From an uncultured bacterium (lineage in GTDB: Bacteria; Patescibacteriota; Saccharimonadia; UBA4664; SCTI01): a stretch of DNA of 64,000 nt. The position numbers and the translations under genes were made by a program. This document shows positions 46,101-54,462 of this stretch, piece after piece; position 1 is the first letter of the stretch; the number at the start of each line of letters is the position of its first letter. The stretch lies in the NCBI GenBank assembly GCA_963721685.1, contig CAVRJJ010000002.1, positions 8,848 to 72,847 on the forward strand, read 5' to 3'. Below the pieces are notes generated by a model. It was given only the letters and a program-made list of their open reading frames with translations. It was not told the DNA's origin and searched no databases.

Positions 46101-49100
46101 GTATGCCACCGCCACGAACAACCCGTTGCCGTAAGTGACGGCGTACCAGCCATTATCCGCGGCGCTGGTGCGGATGGTCCAGTTGATGCCGTCGGGGGAG
46201 GTCATCACCCGGTTGCCGGTGCCGTTGTCTGCTATCGCTACAAACAGCCCATTGCCGTAAGTAACGGACTTCCAGTCGTTATCCGCGGCACTATTGCGGG
46301 AGGTCCAGTCAATGCCTTTGGATAGCTCTACCCCCCCAACAGAGAGGGTTGCCGCCGAAAGGCTGCCAGTGAATAAGGCGCTTCCGCTAACACTCAAGCC
46401 ACCCTGAATACTCGCATCCCCTCCTATGCTCACATTTCTATTCACTCGTAGTGTATTTGTTTCAATGCTGCCGGTTTCAAGTTGCTGAATATAAGCTCCG
46501 CCGATATCGTAAATCTTCATTGTGGGGTTGAATGCACCTGCAACATTGTATAAGTAGCGGCCTTGCACCGAAATATCCTGAGTGCTCGCGATACTAGTAT
46601 CCTGCGCCAGCAAAACGGGGCTGGCAGGATTGCTAATATCATAGGTATACACACCACCAGTGCTTGAGGCATAGAGATACCTACCCTGTACCACAACAGA
46701 GGTAAGAACATCTCCCACCGATACATTAGTAACAAAAGTTGGACTAGTGGGATTTTTGATATCATAGACACCTAAGGTATTGTCTGTACTGCCATTAAGA
46801 ACATACGCATAACGTCCCTGAACGGCCAAGCCGTTTGGAGCAGTTCCAACTCCAACCGATCCCGCCAACACTGGACGGGATGGGCTACCTATATCGTAGA
46901 TTGTGAGCGTGGATGAAGAGTTATTTATCACATATGCGTAACGCCCTTGGATGATTAGATCAAACGGGTCAAGTCCGGTGGAGACGGTACCAGTTAAAAC
47001 CGGGGCGGCGGGATTACCGATGTCATAGACTGTCAAAACATCACTGGTTCCTACTACATACACGTAACGCCCTTGAACATAGAGTCCCCTGGCTCCACTT
47101 GGCACCGTTACCTGACCAGTTGCGTTAGGTGAAGCTGGATTGCTAACATCATAGATGCCTAGAATGCTATTGCTAAGAACATAGGCATAGCGGTCTTGGA
47201 CATATACATCCGTCGGATTTGCTACTGTTGACACTGTACCAGCTAAAACCGGGGCGGCGGGATTGCTCGTGTCATAAATTGATAAACTTGCTGCATCATC
47301 ATTTGCCACGTAGGCGTAGCGACCTTGAGTAAAAATCGATCTTGCTACTTGTAGACCAGCGCCAACTGCAACAGTACCAACGGCGGTAAGGCCGTTGATC
47401 TTCCCTGATACATAGAATTGGCCAGCCGCAGTACCAACCGCTCCAATTGAGGCCCTGCTATTAGTCGTATCTACGTTAAAAATATTAACACCAGCAGCAG
47501 CGTTTTGAACCTGAAATGCGCTGGTTGAATCGGTTTGATTACGAAACGTTGTACTTCCCCCGTTAGCAATAGTAAGGACATCGCGAGCGGTAGCGGTGGT
47601 ATCTCTTACCGTCAAGAGATTGCCTGAGCCAGCACTTTCAATACGCAGCCCTTCAACGGCGCCGGTGCTGAGTTGGTCAACTTTAAGGACAGCCCCGCTG
47701 GTAATGCCGCCGCTTGAGGGGTTTTGGAAGATTAAGTTACCGTCAGCGGAAGTCAGAGCCAGGGTGGCATCAGCGCTGTCTGCGTCGGCGGTATAGGCTT
47801 GTTGGAGAGTGGTGGTACCAGTACATCCAGCACTCGTACACACCCCAACTCCCCCAATGGTTAGGGTTGTTGTAGAAAGTGAGGTGTTTGAGCCGACGGT
47901 CATGGTGCTGGCACACTGCAAAGCTCCAGTTGCGTTAGTTAGGGTACACCCGCTGCCGGCAAAGCCACCCCCAAGCAATATATCGCCGGTACTGGTACCA
48001 CCTACTAATACTTGCCCGGTGCCGTTGCCATCGACGCTTATGTTGGTGTTGGTTCCACCGGCGGCAACCGTAAGGGCGCCGGTTCCCGAGATGGCGGTAC
48101 CGGAGACGTTAAGCGAGTTAACGGCTGAGGCGGTTAGGGTACCGCCGGAGACGTTTCCGCCGGAGAGCGTTCCGCCTGAAAGACTAGCTCCATCAATTGT
48201 ACCGCTAGCCACCAAGTTACCGGCCGCGGTAACACTAAACACGCTGGTTGGCGAACTGCCAGACTGCAAATCAAGCAAGTTGCCAGTCGGGCTAGCATTG
48301 GTATTAGAAGCGAATATCAGGGCTTGACCGGCAGATGGGTTGCCACTGGCGGTAACACGCAGGGTTGAGTTGGTATTGGTGCCGTTTACTAAGCTGAGTA
48401 CACCTGAGGCAACCGCGCTAGAAGAGTTGGTAAAGGTATAGAGGTTGCCCGCTGCCGTTACCGCGAAGGAGGAGGTATCAACGGCGTTTTTAGCGAGACC
48501 GGTAGCGCCCGAGGCCGTACATCCAGCACTCGTACACACCCCAACTCCCCCAATGGTTAGGGTTGTTGTAGAAAGTGAGGTGTTTGAGCCGACGGTCATG
48601 GTGCTGGCACACTGCAAAGCTCCAGTTGCGTTAGTTAGGGTACACCCGCTGCCGGCAAAGCCACCCCCAAGCAATATATCGCCGGTACTGGTACCACCTA
48701 CTAATACTTGCCCGGTGCCGTTGCCATCGACGCTTATGTTGGTGTTGGTTCCACCGGCGGCAACCGTAAGGGCGCCGGTTCCCGAGATGGCGGTACCGGA
48801 GACGTTAAGCGAGTTAACGGCTGAGGCGGTTAGGGTACCGCCGGAGACGTTTCCGCCGCTAAAGGTGCCGCCGGAAATGGTGGCAGAGTTAATCGTGCCG
48901 GTTGTCGTTAACGAGCCTTGGATGCTAGCGGCACCCGCTGCTTGAGTAAAAATTGAACTGCTTAAGTATGTAGTTGGCGCAGCGACGGCCGAAGTAGCAG
49001 TAGAAGGAGTAAACACATCAGCTGCTATCCCATCGTGCTTAATGACAATCGAGGCTGTTCCGGCAGTTGTCCCAGCTGATCGCCGCAAGCGCAACGAGAG

Positions 49101-50519
49101 CGTGGCTCCGCTCATATTTGCTTCTAACGTGAAATCATTACCACTATATGCCCCCGTGTCGCTGATTGGTTGAACAATTACCCAGGTATTGGTAGTTTGG
49201 TCATATTTTATGGGGAAGCTATAGTTCTTGCTTACTGAGAAGCCGCCATTAGGCACGGTAACGGATGCTTCAAAGCTTCCGGCTCCGTTTGACAGCGCAT
49301 AGGTCCCAATGTCGACTTCAGTCCCGACAACAGTTGGCATTGTACGCGTTAAGTTGGTGGTGAATGAATTAGTTGTTGTAATATTGGCAATGTTTAAAAG
49401 ATTTCCTGAAGCATCAATGCGCTGCGTACCAGCTGAAGCGCCAGTGTTAATTCCGGTAGTCGCGTTAAAAGTGGCCGCCCTTCCTGTGCCGTCGATATTA
49501 AAGCTCGCGGATGTCTGCGGACTGGCGTTTTGGTTCTGGATATAGCTGCCAGAGCTAGCTGCAGCAGTACAACCTGTTGAAGTACATACGCTCGTACCCC
49601 CAATGGTCAAAGCTGTTGTAGAAAGTGAGGTGTTGGCACCGGCTTTTAAGCTGACGCTGGCATTGACGCTGCCGGTTACCTGAAGAATGTCACCACCTGA
49701 AAGTGGTACCACGCCGATCCCAATTTTGGTGTTGGTAGTATCGGCGATAAAGAGATTGCCAGCACCAGAGGTATTTTGAATTTGGAAGGCGGTAGCGCTG
49801 GTACGGTTAATAGCTTGGTCACCCAGAGTGAAGGTGTTGGCGGCGTCGCGCCGGGCGTAGAGATCTCCATCTACCCCGTCAAGCTCATCGGCGTTAAAGG
49901 CATAGGGTGAAGCGGCGATTGGCTGGCGCGGGGTGAAGGGCCCTTCGGTAAAGACCGCGCAGCCGTTGGTGGCGCAGGTGGCGGTGGCCGGAGTGGGCAG
50001 CTCCACTTCAACGTAGAGTGAGATTTGGGTGAAATCAAAGGTGGAAAGCGAGGTTAAGGTGCCAAACTGCACGGAGAACAACCCGTTGGTCACCTGAATC
50101 CGATTATCGGTGCCGGTCCTGGTGTAATCTTCCTGGAACAGGTTGGTGCCTCCGCTCGGGGCACTCATGATCCTAAACTTGATGTTATACAAACCATCAG
50201 CCAGTGTGTTGCCGGCAGCGTTGGTGAGCCGACCCTGGAAGTTAATCTTGTAGGGAATAGTTGAAGCGGCGTCGGCCGGCGGAGACAACAGCGGAACCGT
50301 GGCGCTAACGGCTAGCCCTAAGATCAATACAACTATGGCAGCAATAGCCGGTTTCTTGGTTAAAAGAAGCTTACGCAGCCGCATGAACACATTTTTTCGA
50401 TACCCCAAAGCACCCGACCGGGTCGGGTTCATTGGTAACGGAATATTATGACTTCCTGAAGATTGCTTCTGGTAGTTACCGTTCAAATTGCCTATTGTCC
50501 TCTTTTGTATTTGCCTCAC
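43194..50519 (-). CDS. Giant (2441 aa) cell-surface repeat protein: N-terminal signal/anchor, tail-fibre-like beta-rich modules, 7 LVIVD repeats, two arrays of 8 x 38-aa Asp-box/BNR-like repeats, tail-fibre-like C-terminus
   Basis: - Signal-anchor: …MRLRKLLLTKKPAIAAIVVLILGLAVSATVPLLSPPADA.
- A ~130-aa module (…SGGTLSGGNVSGGTLTASAVNSLNVSGTAISGTGALTVAAGGTNTNISVDGNGTGQVLVGG…) is duplicated exactly.
- LVIVD-type blades: YAYV.N…L.IYDI.NP..PVL.G.V…G..P..L.VQGRYAYV, seven copies.
- Sixteen copies of W.SVTYGNG.FVAVA..G.GNRVMTSPDGINWTIRTSAA.N, arranged as 2 x 8 with each array ending GNRVMTSGKTELTV. The TSPDGINWT core resembles the Asp-box S-x-D-x-G-x-x-W. Confidence 0.75.
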   Translation of the reverse strand: MRQIQKRTIGNLNGNYQKQSSGSHNIPLPMNPTRSGALGYRKNVFMRLRKLLLTKKPAIAAIVVLILGLAVSATVPLLSPPADAASTIPYKINFQGRLTNAAGNTLADGLYNIKFRIMSAPSGGTNLFQEDYTRTGTDNRIQVTNGLFSVQFGTLTSLSTFDFTQISLYVEVELPTPATATCATNGCAVFTEGPFTPRQPIAASPYAFNADELDGVDGDLYARRDAANTFTLGDQAINRTSATAFQIQNTSGAGNLFIADTTNTKIGIGVVPLSGGDILQVTGSVNASVSLKAGANTSLSTTALTIGGTSVCTSTGCTAAASSGSYIQNQNASPQTSASFNIDGTGRAATFNATTGINTGASAGTQRIDASGNLLNIANITTTNSFTTNLTRTMPTVVGTEVDIGTYALSNGAGSFEASVTVPNGGFSVSKNYSFPIKYDQTTNTWVIVQPISDTGAYSGNDFTLEANMSGATLSLRLRRSAGTTAGTASIVIKHDGIAADVFTPSTATSAVAAPTTYLSSSIFTQAAGAASIQGSLTTTGTINSATISGGTFSGGNVSGGTLTASAVNSLNVSGTAISGTGALTVAAGGTNTNISVDGNGTGQVLVGGTSTGDILLGGGFAGSGCTLTNATGALQCASTMTVGSNTSLSTTTLTIGGVGVCTSAGCTASGATGLAKNAVDTSSFAVTAAGNLYTFTNSSSAVASGVLSLVNGTNTNSTLRVTASGNPSAGQALIFASNTNASPTGNLLDLQSGSSPTSVFSVTAAGNLVASGTIDGASLSGGTLSGGNVSGGTLTASAVNSLNVSGTAISGTGALTVAAGGTNTNISVDGNGTGQVLVGGTSTGDILLGGGFAGSGCTLTNATGALQCASTMTVGSNTSLSTTTLTIGGVGVCTSAGCTGTTTLQQAYTADADSADATLALTSADGNLIFQNPSSGGITSGAVLKVDQLSTGAVEGLRIESAGSGNLLTVRDTTATARDVLTIANGGSTTFRNQTDSTSAFQVQNAAAGVNIFNVDTTNSRASIGAVGTAAGQFYVSGKINGLTAVGTVAVGAGLQVARSIFTQGRYAYVANDDAASLSIYDTSNPAAPVLAGTVSTVANPTDVYVQDRYAYVLSNSILGIYDVSNPASPNATGQVTVPSGARGLYVQGRYVYVVGTSDVLTVYDIGNPAAPVLTGTVSTGLDPFDLIIQGRYAYVINNSSSTLTIYDIGSPSRPVLAGSVGVGTAPNGLAVQGRYAYVLNGSTDNTLGVYDIKNPTSPTFVTNVSVGDVLTSVVVQGRYLYASSTGGVYTYDISNPASPVLLAQDTSIASTQDISVQGRYLYNVAGAFNPTMKIYDIGGAYIQQLETGSIETNTLRVNRNVSIGGDASIQGGLSVSGSALFTGSLSAATLSVGGVELSKGIDWTSRNSAADNDWKSVTYGNGLFVAIADNGTGNRVMTSPDGINWTIRTSAADNGWYAVTYGNGLFVAVAYSGSGNLVMTSPDGINWTIRTSAANNEWVSVTYGNGLFVAVAQTGTGNRVMTSPDGINWTIRTSAANNSWRSVTYGNGLFVAVAYSGSGNRVMTSPDGINWTIRTSAADNNWYSVTYGNGLFVAVSSSGTGNRVMTSPNGTTWTIRTSASDASWDSVTYGNGLFVAVAYDGIVSQVMTSPDGINWTSRTSPTTNAWRSVTYGNGLFVAVSEDGTGNRVMTSGKTELTVVPANNTYQGGITVRGDLISDNLITAGANWTSRTSAPDNEWRSVAYGNGVFVAVAATGTGNRVMTSPDGVNWTSRTSAADDNWTTVAYGNGIFVAISGNAGAPMTSPDGITWTLRTTAASLTWRSVTYGNGMFVAVASSGTGNRVMTSPDGINWTSRTSAADNDWYSVTYGNGMFVAVAITGTGNRVMTSTNGTSWTIRTSAADNAWNSVTYGNGMFVAVASSGTGNRVMTSPDGISWTIRTSSANNGWLGVTYGNGLFVAVSNDGTGNRVMTSPDGINWAIRTSAADNSWDGIAYGNGMFVAVAITGTGNRVMTSGKTELTVTSYNNTFQGGTTVYGASLFKSDANSATGFQVQNAAGNGLLVVDTTSGTVKVTLGNTASTNAVCSSLANATGPTAGTAYELRDCNAAPAADYAEDYPVAPGIGYGDIVVTGTTMVNTYDTTDGNIDWGKLKGQVTQLVKSSSPYQVNTVGIVSDNHGDFTSAGHNIKPEDNPMPVALNGRVPVNIAVSSEPIQAGDYLTTSSEPGKATKATQSGFVIGKALGSWDPNSGETSVIVFVEPGYYNGPSITSVIQNGGMASLSGLSVSGTADFAELNVSGTATITTLTVTGSATINGDLVVLGLTQLQDLQVDGHIISGGDTPTVEVLAASGTSATVVVDGNDTSGTITLVAGSSNLTAGHLVKITFSKPFGKVPRVVLSGQDGLTLDAKIFPHSKSLTDFMLKTDQVVLPNTTYTLDYIILE
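47819..48166. repeat. Copy 1 of a ~347-bp perfect intragenic direct repeat inside the giant gene
   Basis: The sequence gtacatccagcactcgtacacaccccaactcccccaatggttagggttgttgtagaaagtgaggtgtttgagccgacggtcatggtgctggc…gagacgtttccgcc recurs at 48515. The plus-strand ORFs 47809.. and 48445.. in the six-frame track share a 113-aa identical segment, which gives the repeat extent. Confidence 0.85.
48515..48862. repeat. Copy 2 of the ~347-bp perfect direct repeat (696-bp period)
   Basis: As above. The two copies diverge immediately after …gagacgtttccgcc. Confidence 0.85.
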
Positions 50520-50622
50520 ACCTAGCTGTAACGGGTTACAGTAAGATGTAGCTTAATTTTACCTCTTATGCTTACCTATTGCAAACCAGTTATGCTAATA
50601 ATTGACGAACAAATGATTCCAG

Positions 50623-51501
50623 TTATTTTTTGTGTCGTTTTTTACCTTTGCGAAGCCAATAAAAATAGGTTGCGATCATAATGAGCAGCATCGCGAGCAC
50701 AAACCGCCAATAGCCGGTAACCGCGAAGACATAGGCGGTTTTTGATTTGCTGGGGCTGGTAGTTGAATCAATAACCTTGACCGGTACAATGCCCAAGAAA
50801 CTCCCTTTCCTGTCTACTTGGATAACGCGGCTATTTTGTGGCAGCACCAATGGCCCGCGCACCCTGGCTGGCTTACCGAAAAAGCCGGTTTTTAGCTGGA
50901 GCTTAGGGTTAAACGCGATCGGCTGGGAACCGCTGGCAGTATTTTCATACTCAACTTTGCCGGCAATGCCATTCCCTAAAGCCACAAACGGCAGGTGCAT
51001 CCTGCTCACCCGCCCATCCTTAGTCCCGCCCCCGCCAATATCCAGAATAAACAAGGTGCCTACCCTGGCCAAAGCCGCCACCTGCGCTCCGCTTCCACCC
51101 GACTTAGCGGGCATGGTAGTAAAAAATAAGGCTCCGTAGACCCCGCCGCGCGGCAGCTTATTAGGGTCGATGGTAAATGCCACCCGGATAGCTTCGCGCG
51201 GGCCAAGCTCAAATTCTGAAACATCGGTAGTGATGCCGGCACGCAACGCTTCACTCGGGGAAAAAGCTAAGTTGCCGTCATTATCAATCTGCTGGAATGC
51301 CTCCACGCTCGATCTGAGCGTTAAAGTGCTGGTGGTGGGGTTGGAGACATCAACATGCCCAGATTTTTTGGTACCCAGGGGAATCGATTCCTGATACTGC
51401 AGGGGGGCTATCTTGAGGGCTATGGGCGCGGGGGCAGCCGCGGTGCCAGTACCCCCGATGCCCAAAGTGATCACCAGAATGGTAATAAGACGCTTAATCA
51501 T
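50623..51501 (-). CDS. Cell-surface protein with signal peptide, beta-sandwich-like body and a C-terminal TM anchor with basic tail (DUF916/DUF3324-like topology)
   Basis: - N-terminal signal peptide: MIKRLITILVITLGIGGTGTAAA.
- Body: …IAPLQYQESIPLGTKKSGHVDVSNPTTSTLTL….
- C-terminal anchor: WRFVLAMLLIMIATYFYWL-RKGKKRHKK.
Its stop overlaps the start of the next gene by 4 nt. Confidence 0.5.
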   Translation of the reverse strand: MIKRLITILVITLGIGGTGTAAAPAPIALKIAPLQYQESIPLGTKKSGHVDVSNPTTSTLTLRSSVEAFQQIDNDGNLAFSPSEALRAGITTDVSEFELGPREAIRVAFTIDPNKLPRGGVYGALFFTTMPAKSGGSGAQVAALARVGTLFILDIGGGGTKDGRVSRMHLPFVALGNGIAGKVEYENTASGSQPIAFNPKLQLKTGFFGKPARVRGPLVLPQNSRVIQVDRKGSFLGIVPVKVIDSTTSPSKSKTAYVFAVTGYWRFVLAMLLIMIATYFYWLRKGKKRHKK

Positions 51502-52202
51502 GGCTTGGTGGTGGCGGTAAAGGTCACGTTATTGGTATAATTACCGGCTTTCTGGCTGCTGGCAGTATCGAGGCGAAACTGCATGGTGGTGACATCGCTA
51601 GCTCCGCCCGAAAAGCCGTTCTTGGTGTGGAATGTGGTAGCGGCGCCTGGAATCGCGGCGTACTTGTAATTAGGGTTTGTCCCCCATTTTATGTCAACAC
51701 TGGTGCCGGAGGTGATGGTAAAGCCAAGCCCCTGGGTTGTTCCTTCAACCCACAACGCCGGGGCGGCGATGGCGGCAGCAATGGCGGCGATGGTGGTAGT
51801 AGTGTCGGTGTGGGTAAGGTTATTGTTCTGGTTAATCGCTAAGTCGTATCCTGGAGCGTCGGTATAGACAGTGGACTGTATCGTGGCGTTTTGGGAAGTT
51901 CCAGGCACAACCGAAGGAATTGATACGGTGCCGGTACTAAGCGTAAGCTGGACCGCCTGCTCCAGCTGCGCAACATAGCCTTGGGTGAGCTTGTAACTGG
52001 TACTTGTTCCCGAACCGACAGCCGCCTCACCCCCGGAATCGACTAGCTTATAGCTTGTGGAGCTACCTTGCCCTCCAAAATTATTAGCAACGTTCGGATC
52101 CAGCCGGTAGCTAGGGCTTGTTAATACTCCCGCCCCAACCGCGGTTGGTATAACCGCAAGTGCCATAACAGCTGCTATTCGTATGTGCCCACGCGTCAAC
52201 AT
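51498..52202 (-). CDS. Small secreted surface protein, WxL-domain-like (C-terminal …AGNYTNNVTFTATTKP)
   Basis: Signal peptide (IAAVMALAVIPTAVGAG), a Thr/Ser/Asn-rich beta body, an internal ALWVEGTTQGLGFT motif and the C-terminal motif AGNYTNNVTFTATTKP. This resembles the WxL-protein C-terminal consensus A-G-T-Y-T-G-T-V-T-W-T-L-x-D-A-P as recalled from memory. Confidence 0.45.
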   Translation of the reverse strand: MLTRGHIRIAAVMALAVIPTAVGAGVLTSPSYRLDPNVANNFGGQGSSTSYKLVDSGGEAAVGSGTSTSYKLTQGYVAQLEQAVQLTLSTGTVSIPSVVPGTSQNATIQSTVYTDAPGYDLAINQNNNLTHTDTTTTIAAIAAAIAAPALWVEGTTQGLGFTITSGTSVDIKWGTNPNYKYAAIPGAATTFHTKNGFSGGASDVTTMQFRLDTASSQKAGNYTNNVTFTATTKP

Positions 52203-52251
52203 CTCTTATAATTCTAACGCTTTGCCTGCAATCTTTCCACCCCTCACGCCT

Positions 52252-54462
52252 TTACCCGGCGGAGGCACGAAGATGAAAGCCAAAGTAGGCCGCGTGCTTC
52301 GTTATGGTTACCGGCTGCCGCAGTTTTTCGCCGGACGGAAGGGCTACCTCAATATTATATTCTCCCGGTGCCGCGAATAAAGTGTATTTACCGTTCGAGG
52401 CCGTGGGGCTCGACTGGACCAACTGCTCGCTTCCTTTAGCCAGGAGGTTCACATTTAACCCGGCGTAACCGGTTCCGTGGGAATCAACCACCCTCCCCCA
52501 TTTTATGCGTTGCTGAAAAACCAGCAGGTGCAAGCTTAAGAGTACCGTCAGCGAAAGGGTAGCGCATATAAGCGCGTTTATTACCGAAAAATGGTTTAAC
52601 ACCAGGTAAATGCTTAATGACCATCCATATCCCAGTACCGCCCATCCCAAGACCCCCAGATCTAGATCGATAATCCACTGTCCCCAGGTACGCACCACCG
52701 GCTGAGGGGTCATTTCTACAACGAAACCGGCGTTTTCATTAGCGACCGGAGCGCTAGCCGCCACCATGGCATACCCGGGATGCCTCGCCCCAATAACCTG
52801 CTTTTCGGCTACTTTAAGCTTAAACCGGCCGCGAAAACCACTAACCGCGTAATGACGCGTTCCTTCGGTATATACCAGCGCCCAAGCAATAGGCTTGCCT
52901 GTTAAGCGGTTAATTACCGTCCCCTTTACTTTACGGCCGCTGTTAAAGACCATGATGAGCCGCCGCCCTAGCGTGCGTACGAGCAGCCAAAGCTCTTCAA
53001 GGCCCACTAGGCCCCGCGTGACTAACGTCGCAAAAATAGCGGCCAGCAGTGCCACGCCCGTCAGTACGGTTGATGTCGCCGTAGACTTAAGGGCCCGAAC
53101 GTAGGTTTCACCAATTACCGATCCCACTCCTAGTACCACGCCGGCTAAGTTCCCAATATTATTCCACTGGAAGCGGGCCGCGCCGGCAATGCCCGCGTTG
53201 GGATTTTTGTAGAAGACATTGACGGGCACGGAAAGACTCTCCCCCGCTTCGGTTTCAACAGTAGCAATCAAGGCGTTGCTACCCTCTTCAAGGATCACCG
53301 AAACCGAGAATGTCCCGTCGCTGGCAACCAGGACTTTGGCTAATTGTTCCCCGTTGCTAAGGATGCGCACCAGTAATCCTGGAGTAGCCGTACCGCTCAC
53401 GGTAACATTAGGCCGGGTAACGGTAGTATGGTCTTTGGGGTTAAGGATTTTGGGCGGCAATGGCGGCGGCGGTCGGAACGTTACAATAACATCAGACGAG
53501 GGTCCGCTGGTTCGGTTAAACAGGGTGGCTGTGGCATAGATTGTGTTGGGCCCTGCTTCAAGGGCAACATTCAGCGTTAACGTGCCGTCGGGCGGGGTAA
53601 TGCCTGAGGCTACTTCTGCCCCGTTGCGGTACAGGCGGACGGTAGATCCGGCGGCGGACGCCACGGTAACGTCGGTACTCGCCTCCGAGGTGCTGCTGCC
53701 TGATGACGGAGCGATAATGGTTGGAGGTGACGGAGCCGGCAAAATAGTACTACCTGGAGGCGAATACGGGGGCTGCGTAATCACCGGCGGCAATGAGGGC
53801 GGCGGGATATATGAGATTACCACGGGAGCGCTGGGACCACTAACTCCCGCGGCGTTGGCGGCAGTCGCGTACAGGGTATTTAAACCAAGAGCAAGCCCCG
53901 CCGCGGTGCTAAAGTTACCGTTAATATCTACCGTGGTGGTGGCTACCAGCAAGTTATTCCGGAACAGCGCGATTATCGCCCCGGGTTCGGATGTCCCGCT
54001 CACCCCAATTGAAGCTGTCTGCACAACAGCGCCATTGCCGGGTGAGGTAATGATTGGCGATCCAGGCGGGTTTACGTTGCGCACAATGGTGATGGTTGGG
54101 CTGTCTGCTTCATTGCCACAGTTATCGCTGGCATGAGCCATAATCTGGTTATTACCGGCGCTCAATGGAACATTCGCGCTATAACTTCCATCACCGGCTA
54201 CAACCATGCTTGCCACAGGGAAGCCATTCACCTTAATTTCCAGGTCGGCAAATGGCTGGGCGGTACCGCTGATACTGGCCGTTGCACTAGCGGTGGGTGT
54301 AGGAGTGCTGGTTGTAATGCCAACCGGCGCAAACAGCGTTGAACAGACATTTACATTGATAATCGAGGTACCCCCAGCGGCAAGTAGGCTGCTGGGAACA
54401 AATAAGGCTAGAGCCAGTAATGCCTGCAGCCAGCGTCGGACGGCACTAACGCCGCCGGACAT
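52252..54462 (-). CDS. Secreted/polytopic membrane protein with four bacterial Ig-like domains, a multi-TM segment and two carboxypeptidase-regulatory-like beta domains
   Basis: - Signal peptide: ALLALALFVPSSLLAA.
- Four ~95-aa Big-like repeats (ISGTAQPFADLEIKVNGFPVA…DGSYSANVPLSAGNNQIMAHASDNCGNEA; VSGTSEPGAIIALFRNNLLVA…; …VRLYRNGAEVAS…; VSGTATPGLLVRILSNGEQLAKV…DGTFSVSVILEEGSNALIATVE).
- Then ≥5 hydrophobic helices.
- CarbopepD_reg-like segments: KVKGTVINRLTGKPIAWALVY…; RVVDSHGTGYAGLNVNLLAK…GKYTLFAAPGEYNIEV. Confidence 0.55.
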   Translation of the reverse strand: MSGGVSAVRRWLQALLALALFVPSSLLAAGGTSIINVNVCSTLFAPVGITTSTPTPTASATASISGTAQPFADLEIKVNGFPVASMVVAGDGSYSANVPLSAGNNQIMAHASDNCGNEADSPTITIVRNVNPPGSPIITSPGNGAVVQTASIGVSGTSEPGAIIALFRNNLLVATTTVDINGNFSTAAGLALGLNTLYATAANAAGVSGPSAPVVISYIPPPSLPPVITQPPYSPPGSTILPAPSPPTIIAPSSGSSTSEASTDVTVASAAGSTVRLYRNGAEVASGITPPDGTLTLNVALEAGPNTIYATATLFNRTSGPSSDVIVTFRPPPPLPPKILNPKDHTTVTRPNVTVSGTATPGLLVRILSNGEQLAKVLVASDGTFSVSVILEEGSNALIATVETEAGESLSVPVNVFYKNPNAGIAGAARFQWNNIGNLAGVVLGVGSVIGETYVRALKSTATSTVLTGVALLAAIFATLVTRGLVGLEELWLLVRTLGRRLIMVFNSGRKVKGTVINRLTGKPIAWALVYTEGTRHYAVSGFRGRFKLKVAEKQVIGARHPGYAMVAASAPVANENAGFVVEMTPQPVVRTWGQWIIDLDLGVLGWAVLGYGWSLSIYLVLNHFSVINALICATLSLTVLLSLHLLVFQQRIKWGRVVDSHGTGYAGLNVNLLAKGSEQLVQSSPTASNGKYTLFAAPGEYNIEVALPSGEKLRQPVTITKHAAYFGFHLRASAG

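Noticed and set aside
44430-46325. Two ~309-aa plus-strand ORFs with HDTVAS/GAGADGPVDAVG periodicity, and other antisense ORFs across 43.2-50.5 kb and 57.2-60.6 kb.
   Set aside because: They are antisense or alternate-frame images of the 38-aa and Gly/Thr-rich repeats in the giant minus-strand genes. They have no independent start signals.
44430-49000. Considered whether the regular ~114-bp periodic repeats could be a CRISPR array.
   Set aside because: The repeats are in-frame coding units of one long ORF with conserved amino-acid motifs. There are no unique spacers, no cas genes and no AT-rich leader.
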